Shown here: piece by piece, positions 56,938 through 64,000 of the stretch
How positions within the stretch are numbered: the first letter of the stretch is position 1
Layout of the letters: each line of letters begins with the position of its first letter
Source of the DNA: Caldilineaceae bacterium
GTDB lineage: Bacteria; Chloroflexota; Anaerolineae; Caldilineales; Caldilineaceae
Direction of reading: 5' to 3'
NCBI GenBank assembly: GCA_034437715.1
Contig: DAOTTR010000524.1
Coordinates: 8,987 to 72,986 of the forward strand
DNA: 64,000 nucleotides
Notes under the pieces: generated by a model
Databases searched by the model: none
What the model was told of the DNA's origin: nothing
The model's input: the letters and a program-made list of their open reading frames with translations, nothing else
Position numbers and translations under genes: made by a program

Positions 56938-59343
56938 GCGACGGGTTGAATTGGCCAATGCAAGTGTGTGCGCGCGGCGAGAATCCAGCCCCTGTAGTGC
57001 CGGATCGACGCGCACGACAATCGTAAATGTCCTGGTTGCGCCAATCGGCAATGTGCCCACGCTACAGGTTACAATGCGCACAGCTTGTGTACAACCAGTT
57101 GTGGCAGATTGAAAGTTCACACCCGGTGGCAGGGGATCGGTGATGACAACCCCCACGGCGGCGGACGGCCCTGCGTTCGTCACCACAATCGTATAGGTGA
57201 GCACCTCACCGGCGGCCACGCGGGCAGGCTTGCCATATTTGACAACAACCAGATCGGCGGCAGGCAGGGGCGTGTTGATTGGCGTTGGCGGCAGCACAGT
57301 GGGGGTGTTGGTTGCCACTGCGCTTTGGTTACAGAGCACACCATTCAAAGTAAAGGTTGTTGGAATGGCATTGCTGCCACTGAAACTCGCGCCAAAGCCA
57401 AAACTCTGCGTGCCGCCATTCGCACCGATCACGGTGTTATAGCTCAGGTTGCCAATCGTTACACGCTGACCATTTTGGGAGAGAGAACCATTCCACAGAT
57501 TGGTGATTTGCTGGTCGCCTGAGAAGCTCCACCCTACTTGCCAGCCATTGATGGCACTGCTGCTATTGTTGGTGATCGCCACATTGGCGTTGAAGCCATT
57601 GTTCCATTGATCGGTCACCGTGTAGGTCACCTGGCAGATGGCACTTGCCTCTGGTACAGAGGCGGGCGTATTGACTGTTGGGATAGGCGTATTCGTTGAT
57701 GTGCGTGTTGCGGTCGCGGTTGATATCGGTGTACTGGTTGGCGTTAGTGTGCGTGTTGCGGTCGCGGTTGGTATGGGTGTACTGGTTGGCGTTGGCGTGC
57801 GTGTTGCGGTCGCGGTTGGGAGAATAGCTTGCAGACAAAAAGCATCAACTTTGGCCCAGTCTGTACCATTGGCATTCACCGTCACACGGACTTTGGCAGC
57901 GGTGGCGGGAGCGGTGCCCAAGGATAAAGTGTATGGCCCACCAAAGCGGCCATCGGTGTCAATGTCCTTGGAAATAGTATGTATCTGCGCCGTGCCAACT
58001 GCCGCATTGGCCGCGGTGAAATATTGAAACCTGACCGTCTGGACACCGGGCACATGCGAAGCGGAATAGAAGGAAACGCTGTAGGTGGCCCCTGTTTGCG
58101 CCGTCACATCTTGATACATGGCTGCTTCGTTACGGTAGTGATACCCATATAGCACACCGTCCGGCTTGATGATCCACGAGGTTGCGTCGGTCCTGGCCGC
58201 GCCACTCCAGAGGATCGGGCTCGTTTGTTCAAAACTGGGATTCAAGAGCAAATTGGCAGGGCAAGACTGGGCAAACGTCGGTGTGTTGGTTGGCGTTGGT
58301 GTGCGTGTTGCGGTCGCGGTCGGTATCAGTGTATTGGTTGCTGTTGGTGTGCGTGTTGCGGTGGATGTTGCCGCGCCTGCACATGCGTTGCCAAAGCTGC
58401 CCGCAAACACGGGCAGATGAATCTCGGCATTGGTGGTTAACGCGCGCACGGCTGTCGCGCCATCAATATTCCCATTGGTGGTCACGGCGGCCAATGGTGC
58501 CAATAATGCCCCCATAAAATTGCGGCCATTTAGCTTAATTGATGTGGCTTCATGAAAATTCCAGATCACACGCGCTCGCCACTCGGCGCTAGTAAAGTTG
58601 CCCACCTTGTTGCCGCTATTCCAATCCACACTGCTGCCAGACACATTGATCAGGATGGTCTTGGCGCTGCCGGGGGTGAGCTCAAGTTGTTGCGCAGATG
58701 CATTTGAAAAGATACTGGCAGCCGTGACGTTAAAAACGGCCAGCCCATCACTGTTGACATTCGAGACTGTAAAGCGCAGCGCCCCCGGTTGCCCCGCAGG
58801 AATCGTCGCCGTATTATTGCTGGCGATCTGCGCCAAGTTGAGCGAAGCCCCTTTTACGTACTCCGTCATACTCGCGTCCGATAGTGTCTTGTCGGCAATC
58901 AGAGAGCCACCACCATTAAAGTTGATCGGACGATTGTTGCGCGCCCCGCCCAACCGCAGAGTGCCAGCATTCAAGGCAATTGCGTTGCCCGCGGCTAGAT
59001 TGCCAACGACGACAAAGGTATTATCACTCTTGTCCACATCATTTAATAATTTGATGGCAAAGTTGGCCGAGTTGCTCGATGTAAAATTGCCACCCACAAA
59101 GGTACGCCCTTCTACCTCCGAGGTCGTCGCGAGATCGTCGAGCGTGATGAGATTAAAATGATTCATCGCCGCAGCCAATACGGCCAGATTAGTGCTACAG
59201 TCCGCCGCTTTGGCGGTCAGCGGCCCCAGGAAAGGCGGCAGGGCGAATGGTTGGAGCAGCGCCAGGAGGGCCAAGCTCATCACCAAGCAGGGCCGCCACC
59301 CACTGGTCGCGCGCAGTCGGTTGAAGGGTAAATAGGGACGCAA
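56890..59343 (-). CDS. giant secreted multidomain protein: choice-of-anchor-A-like, CBM-like, CBM2-like and DUF11 domains joined by TPTPT linkers
   Basis: Signal peptide. FNLITLDDLATTSEVEGRTFVGGNF (choice-of-anchor A). CQVTYTVTDQWNNGFNANV...LNGVLC (CBM2-like). C-terminal LTYTIVVTNAGP (DUF11). It overlaps the LysM gene by 48 bp. Confidence 0.85.
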   Translation of the reverse strand: MRPYLPFNRLRATSGWRPCLVMSLALLALLQPFALPPFLGPLTAKAADCSTNLAVLAAAMNHFNLITLDDLATTSEVEGRTFVGGNFTSSNSANFAIKLLNDVDKSDNTFVVVGNLAAGNAIALNAGTLRLGGARNNRPINFNGGGSLIADKTLSDASMTEYVKGASLNLAQIASNNTATIPAGQPGALRFTVSNVNSDGLAVFNVTAASIFSNASAQQLELTPGSAKTILINVSGSSVDWNSGNKVGNFTSAEWRARVIWNFHEATSIKLNGRNFMGALLAPLAAVTTNGNIDGATAVRALTTNAEIHLPVFAGSFGNACAGAATSTATRTPTATNTLIPTATATRTPTPTNTPTFAQSCPANLLLNPSFEQTSPILWSGAARTDATSWIIKPDGVLYGYHYRNEAAMYQDVTAQTGATYSVSFYSASHVPGVQTVRFQYFTAANAAVGTAQIHTISKDIDTDGRFGGPYTLSLGTAPATAAKVRVTVNANGTDWAKVDAFCLQAILPTATATRTPTPTSTPIPTATATRTLTPTSTPISTATATRTSTNTPIPTVNTPASVPEASAICQVTYTVTDQWNNGFNANVAITNNSSSAINGWQVGWSFSGDQQITNLWNGSLSQNGQRVTIGNLSYNTVIGANGGTQSFGFGASFSGSNAIPTTFTLNGVLCNQSAVATNTPTVLPPTPINTPLPAADLVVVKYGKPARVAAGEVLTYTIVVTNAGPSAAVGVVITDPLPPGVNFQSATTGCTQAVRIVTCSVGTLPIGATRTFTIVVRVDPALQGLDSRRAHTLALANSTRRLGRGDADHLAWANSV
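57701..57819 (-). repeat. 2.5 x 48-bp coding tandem repeat (PTATATRTxTPTSTPI linkers)
   Basis: Units begin at 57701, 57749 and 57797. A related copy lies near 58299. All are inside the giant ORF. Confidence 0.8.
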
Positions 59344-59567
59344 TTACAACTTCTTTCCCCAAGGATAGGTTACATGCATAGGCTACCGTGCCTAACAGAA
59401 TCGGCTAATGAGTACACGTGCGGGCAACAAGGATCATCTTCCAGCAAAGCACAGGCCAGGCGACAAAAGACAGAACGCTTTCCGGCACTTCGAATCAGAC
59501 AATCGACAAAGCTTACTATAACCAAAGTTGCTTGACACTACATCAGCCAAATAATGTAACTTCCTGG

Positions 59568-59650
59568 AAGAGAGGGAGACAAGAGACGGGGAGACAGGGA
59601 GACAAGAGTTCTCGTGTCTCGTGTCTGCTCTCTCTTGTCTCCTTGTCTTT
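59568..59650. other. imperfect palindrome built from GAGACA/TGTCTC repeats (possible terminator)
   Basis: GAGACAAGAGACGGGGAGACAGGGAGACAAGAG-TTC-TCGTGTCTCGTGTCTGCTCTCTCTTGTCTCCTTGTCT, immediately after the stop of the minus-strand gene at 59649. Confidence 0.45.
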
Positions 59651-60629
59651 ATCGGTAAACCGTCTGGATCAGCGAGCGGATGTAGCCAATGGCGTAGGCT
59701 TTGCCCAGCCAATCGGAGTTGGCATGGGGAAAATGGGGAGTGTGGTCCATCATGTAGGGGCCGGTAAAGCCGTTATCGCGATAAATGGTCATGGCACGGC
59801 GCATGTCGATGTCGCCTTCATCAAGAAATACTTCGGCAAAGCGCGGCAACTGGCCGCGCACATTGCGAAAATGCACCCAGGCAATTTTGTTCGCCGCGGC
59901 CATCTCGGCAATCGCGCCATAGACGCCCTGGCCTAGCAGTTCCGTCATGCAGCCTTGGCAAAACAACATGCTGTGGTTGGGACTGGACACCAGGACAAAG
60001 ATGCGTCGGAACTGTTCCAGTGTTGAACAGATCTGGGCCACACCGGCTAGCGCTTCGGGCACGGGCGGATCGTCGGGGTGCAACGCCATGCGTACACCCG
60101 CTTTTTCGGCCACCGGGATCACGGCTTGCAGAAATTTTTCCATGCGTTGCCACATTTCTGCTTCGGCAACCGGCGGTGCATACGGCTGTGGCCGGTTTTG
60201 TACAAATTCAGCATAATCAAAGGTGCTGTATTGGACGCCACCACGGCCAATGTCCGCTGTCGTGCGAAAATTGCCCATGGGCTTGAAATTCCAGCCCAGA
60301 TGCGGAATGCCGGCGCGCCCCAAGCTTTCCAACATGCGACACCAGGCATCGATCTTGGCATCGGCGTCCGGCTTGCCCAGCGGAATTTCTGCCCAGCAGG
60401 ACATAAAGATATTGTTCAAGCGCATCCCATGCGCCTCGACCAACGCGCGCGCCTGTTCAAACTGGGTTGTACAATCCCGGCCTGCCCGCAGATCATCGCC
60501 CAGGCCAGCGGCCACATTGCTCACGCCACTGCGGATGTCCACATGGATCATATCGACACCCAGTGCTTTGTAGAAGCGCAAAACGTCATCGTTCAAGTTA
60601 CTCCAGTTGACGGCTTCCTGAATATACAT
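59649..60629 (-). CDS. mannonate dehydratase (UxuA)-like TIM-barrel protein, second paralog
   Basis: WVHFRNVRGQLPRFAEVFLDEGDIDMRRAMTIYRDNGFTGPYMMDH parallels the signature in 44441..45517. Confidence 0.7.
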   Translation of the reverse strand: MYIQEAVNWSNLNDDVLRFYKALGVDMIHVDIRSGVSNVAAGLGDDLRAGRDCTTQFEQARALVEAHGMRLNNIFMSCWAEIPLGKPDADAKIDAWCRMLESLGRAGIPHLGWNFKPMGNFRTTADIGRGGVQYSTFDYAEFVQNRPQPYAPPVAEAEMWQRMEKFLQAVIPVAEKAGVRMALHPDDPPVPEALAGVAQICSTLEQFRRIFVLVSSPNHSMLFCQGCMTELLGQGVYGAIAEMAAANKIAWVHFRNVRGQLPRFAEVFLDEGDIDMRRAMTIYRDNGFTGPYMMDHTPHFPHANSDWLGKAYAIGYIRSLIQTVYR

Positions 60630-60673
60630 GCTCTGTTCTCCCTTGCATTTGGTTGTGGTACGATAGAATCAAC

Positions 60674-60824
60674 AGACCTTATTCCGATTTAATTTTGTGC
60701 ATTCGTAGGTGCGGTTTGTAACCGCACAAGTCGGCATCGACCGCGTAGGTGCGGTTTGTAACCGCACCTACAGGAACAATTGCACCTGGTTTTGTTGCCA
60801 AAATAATAAATCGGCATAATCTCT
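60674..60824 (+). mobile_element. MITE-like element, family A, copy 3 (two hairpin modules)
   Basis: 151 bp. Its 3' end overlaps 2 nt of the TAG stop codon of the minus-strand enolase-superfamily gene. Confidence 0.8.
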
Positions 60825-62004
60825 AATGATAGCGAACCACTTCGCGCGATTCAATGCGCGCTTCGTCCAGCACCATGCCCAGGCCAGGCAGGGTGGGCAA
60901 TATGACTTCGCCTTGTTCTGGCCGGTAGATCGGGCTGTGGAAATATTGCTTGCTCTCCTGGAAGCGCACCAGATATTCGACGCGTGGCACCGCCGCGGGT
61001 GACTGGGCACCCGCCACATGCAACGCCGGCAACAGCGAATGCCCATGCCCAATCAGCGGCACTTCAAAGGCGGAGGCCAGCGCACACAGCTTCATTTGCT
61101 CGGTGATGCCGCCCGTCCAATCTGGATCATTTTGCAACACATCGACGGCGTGATTGACGAGCAATTCCTTGGTCTGCCAACGCGTATAGACATGTTCACC
61201 CGTGGCAATTGGCACCGATGCTACCCCTTTCAACTTGCGAAATTCGCTGACCCGTTCCGGCGGGATGGGTTCCTCGACCCAGAAGGGGCGGAGCGGCTCC
61301 AACTCACGCAACATTTGACTGGCATAGGTCAGATCCCAGCCCATGAACGCATCAAACATGATCTGGTAGTGAGGGCCAACAGCGTCGCGCACGGCCTGGG
61401 CCATGGCTAGATTCTGCTCCATGCCCGCTGCACCATCGCCAGGGCCATAGCGAAAGAACCATTTTTGTGCCGTATAGCCAAGCGCCTTGTATTCCTGCGC
61501 GACCATTGCCGCGGCGGCTGGATCAGTGGGAAAGCCCAACATACTGGCATAGGCGGGCACGGCAGGGCGCGTTGGCCCACCCAGCAAGCGATAGACCGGC
61601 TGCTGCCATGCCTTGCCCTTCAAATCCCACAGCGCACAATCGACGGCGCTCACCGCCGTCATAAACAAGCCCGATCGACCATGCCGATCCTGGCGGATCA
61701 TCTGGTCATAGAGCAACTCTGTTGCCAGTGGATCGCGCCCGATGAGATAGGTGCGCAGGCTGTGTTCAATGTGAAAGGCTTGCCAATCTTCAATCGGGCC
61801 AAAAAAGCCGGAAACACCTTCGTCGGTATGGATTTCCACATAGAGCGCACGCAACGCTGCGCCAGCTTGGGGTGCAGTGATGCGGCCTGGGGTGTTAAAT
61901 TCTGGATAAATATCAATCTGGCGCGCCTGGCGGTCGCCAGTTGGAAAAGTGGGGCCCGTGTAGTGGCCGTGGATGCGCAATAGGGTAACATCGGTAATTT
62001 TCAT
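60823..62004 (-). CDS. enolase-superfamily (mandelate racemase/muconate lactonizing enzyme) sugar-acid dehydratase-like protein
   Basis: MKITDVTLLRIHG start with AGAGGA upstream. Barrel-domain pattern (DAFMGWD, WVEEP, ATGEH). The track start at 62550 is an over-extension. Confidence 0.85.
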   Translation of the reverse strand: MKITDVTLLRIHGHYTGPTFPTGDRQARQIDIYPEFNTPGRITAPQAGAALRALYVEIHTDEGVSGFFGPIEDWQAFHIEHSLRTYLIGRDPLATELLYDQMIRQDRHGRSGLFMTAVSAVDCALWDLKGKAWQQPVYRLLGGPTRPAVPAYASMLGFPTDPAAAAMVAQEYKALGYTAQKWFFRYGPGDGAAGMEQNLAMAQAVRDAVGPHYQIMFDAFMGWDLTYASQMLRELEPLRPFWVEEPIPPERVSEFRKLKGVASVPIATGEHVYTRWQTKELLVNHAVDVLQNDPDWTGGITEQMKLCALASAFEVPLIGHGHSLLPALHVAGAQSPAAVPRVEYLVRFQESKQYFHSPIYRPEQGEVILPTLPGLGMVLDEARIESREVVRYH

Positions 62005-62261
62005 GGTGTGCTTCCTCTTTGGGTATGATGGTTTGTCAGATGGTATGGGGATCCGACTGCAGTTGAGCACTGCAGCGCGCATAGCATACTCGGAATTGAG
62101 GGAGCACGCAAACCGCCATTCTTGACCTTTACCCCTGGCTCGGATACGCATAGCCTGCGCTTTTGGTTGCCAGATGATGCAAGTCATGGTATTGTTTCCA
62201 GCCAATTCAACGGTAGTATTCAAAACTTGTTTTACAATAGTATCTCTTTGGAGTTTCGTTG

Positions 62262-64000
62262 ATGCGTAAAGGTCAGCAACATCTCTATGCCGCCGGTTTG
62301 ATCGCCTTGCATCTGCTGCTGACGGTGGCGTACAGCGTAATTGTGCCGCTGGGTGAAGCGCCCGATGAAACGGATCACTGGTCCTACGTCGTCTATTTGG
62401 CCGAACACAAACAACTGCCCGTGGGCCCCAAACCGACGCAAAGCAAGCATCCGCCGCTCTATCATATTGGCGCAGCGCTGGCGGCCTTGCCAGCCAAGCC
62501 CGACTTTGGCTTTCTGCGCGCCAATCCCGATATCCAGATTCCCCCTGCACCGGATATCCCGAATTTCTTTATCCATACCACCCAAGAAAGCTGGCCCTGG
62601 CGCGACGGCGCGCTGGCCTTTCACCTGGCACGCCTGTGGTCAGTGTTGCTGAGCACAGCTACCGTTGCCGCGGCTTATGGATTGATGCAAACTGCTTTTC
62701 CAACGCAGGGCGCATGGGTGTTGGCAACCACCGGCGTGCTGGCACTGATCCCCGAATTTTCCATGATTGGCGGCGCGCTCAACAATGACAACGCCGCCGC
62801 CTTTTTCGGCACGTTGAGCTTGTGGGGCGCACTCGCGATCTACCGCGCGCGCGGCAAACTGGCGGCGGGCTGGTGGTTGCCCATCGCCTTGGGCTGTGGC
62901 CTGTTGTCCAAAGTTAGTACGCTGGCGCTATGGCCGACGGCGGCGCTGGCAATTTTGTGGGGTGCTTTCGCCGATCGCGACCGCCAAGCTAGGAGTGCGG
63001 CAGGGGCGTGGCGACGCGCCATCCGCACCGGGTTGATTACTTTTGGTGGCGCGACCCTGTTGGCTGCCCCGTGGCTGCTGCGCAACTGGCAATTGTATGG
63101 TGACCCAACCGGCATGGCGTTGACGCGCCAGACCATCGATCTGCGGCTGGCACCTTGGACGTGGGGGGACACGATCTGGTTATTGCGCGGCTGGTTTTTG
63201 AGCTTTTGGGGCAAGTTCGGCGTAATCGGCCACCTGTCGCTGCCTGATTGGATCTATCTCGCCTTGGCACTGCTGACCCTGATCAGTGGCGTGGGCCTTA
63301 TCAAACACTATTGGCGACCACCGACCCCGCAGACGCGGCATATGCTTGTCCTGCTGGCGGTAACCGTGATCAGCACGATGGTGTCGATCTGGCAATACTC
63401 GCTGATTGCGCTGGGCACCGATCAAGGACGGCTGCTCTATCCCGCGGTTGCGCCCCTAGTCGCGCTCTTTGCCGGTGGGTTACTGGCTTGGTTGCCCCGG
63501 CGTTGGCAGTGGACAGGGACACACCTGTTACTTGGCCTCTTCCTGGCACTGGCGATCTATGCACTATTTTGGGTGGTGCGCCCGGCGTTTGCGCCGCCAC
63601 CACCCGTGACCGCGGCAGAGCTGGCTGCTCTAGAAACGACCGAGCCAATTCTCTTTGGTGATCTAGCGTTGCACACGTGGCAACTGGCGGATAACCCGAT
63701 TCTCTACTGGCAGGCTACCCAGCCTATCCCCACGGATCTGCGGGTGGTGTTGCGCGTCGTCGCCGAGGATGGCACCTTGGTCTGGGATTGGAAGCGCTCG
63801 CCCGGCGGCGGTCAGTGGAGCACAGACCATTGGCCGCCGGGGGTTGTCGTGCGCGATGGCTATTCAATTCGCTGGCCCGAATGGGCACAGGCCGGACGCT
63901 ATCGCGTGGAAGTCGGGGTTCAACCGTTTGGTGAGGATTTTCTGTTGCCCACGCGCGACAATCAAGCCGCTACCGAGGCAGGACAACCCTTTGTCTTCCT
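62262..64000 (+). CDS. GT-C fold membrane glycosyltransferase (ArnT/PMT/GT39-like), 3' partial
   Basis: Not in the supplied track because it has no stop in the window. I translated it by hand: 579 codons open from ATG 62262, with GGAG upstream. First-loop acidic motif EAPDETDHW, at least 9 TM segments, then a soluble C-terminal region. Confidence 0.7.
   Translation, partial: MRKGQQHLYAAGLIALHLLLTVAYSVIVPLGEAPDETDHWSYVVYLAEHKQLPVGPKPTQSKHPPLYHIGAALAALPAKPDFGFLRANPDIQIPPAPDIPNFFIHTTQESWPWRDGALAFHLARLWSVLLSTATVAAAYGLMQTAFPTQGAWVLATTGVLALIPEFSMIGGALNNDNAAAFFGTLSLWGALAIYRARGKLAAGWWLPIALGCGLLSKVSTLALWPTAALAILWGAFADRDRQARSAAGAWRRAIRTGLITFGGATLLAAPWLLRNWQLYGDPTGMALTRQTIDLRLAPWTWGDTIWLLRGWFLSFWGKFGVIGHLSLPDWIYLALALLTLISGVGLIKHYWRPPTPQTRHMLVLLAVTVISTMVSIWQYSLIALGTDQGRLLYPAVAPLVALFAGGLLAWLPRRWQWTGTHLLLGLFLALAIYALFWVVRPAFAPPPPVTAAELAALETTEPILFGDLALHTWQLADNPILYWQATQPIPTDLRVVLRVVAEDGTLVWDWKRSPGGGQWSTDHWPPGVVVRDGYSIRWPEWAQAGRYRVEVGVQPFGEDFLLPTRDNQAATEAGQPFVF

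Noticed and set aside
57701-57819. CRISPR-like or satellite repeat
   Set aside because: The 48-bp repeats are in frame inside the giant secreted-protein gene. They encode PT-rich interdomain linkers.
62005-62550. N-terminal 182-aa extension of track ORF 60823..62550
   Set aside because: The enolase-family homology begins at MKITDV (ATG 62004, with an RBS). The extension is Arg/Ala-rich and overlaps the real + strand glycosyltransferase gene.

Overview
All calls come from reading the sequence and the supplied translations. No database search or RNA folding was run. This is a 64 kb chromosomal window, about 55% GC, with roughly 55 credible protein genes. Most have AGGAG-type ribosome-binding sites. 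Gene content suggests a filamentous Chloroflexota-like bacterium (EF-G2 paralog, giant DUF11/TPTPT-linker secreted proteins), but that is inference only. Housekeeping genes include moaA, an IscA/ErpA-type protein, a rhodanese, acyl-CoA dehydrogenase, an EF-G2-type factor, aspS, ald and hisS. Accessory content:
(i) a Ras-like GTPase / Roadblock-like / coiled-coil / soluble histidine kinase module (17.9-21.2 kb);
(ii) a divergent orphan GroEL paralog clustered with an MBL hydrolase and an RNase H-like protein, preceded by a promoter, a ~172 nt rod-like RNA and an intrinsic terminator;
(iii) two similarly organised loci of ABC ATPase + two ABC-2 permeases + a LysM protein + a convergent giant secreted DUF11 protein (27-36 kb and 53-59 kb);
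(iv) a type III PKS / UbiA / flavoprotein / methyltransferase cluster (48.4-52.7 kb);
(v) two sugar-acid catabolic clusters, each with a UxuA-like dehydratase;
(vi) at least five families of 90-150 bp MITE-like intergenic repeats, including one nested insertion.
One long ORF (62262 to the window end) is missing from the supplied track because it has no stop codon in the window. Many long track ORFs are antisense shadows of real genes. No tRNA, rRNA or CRISPR array was seen.
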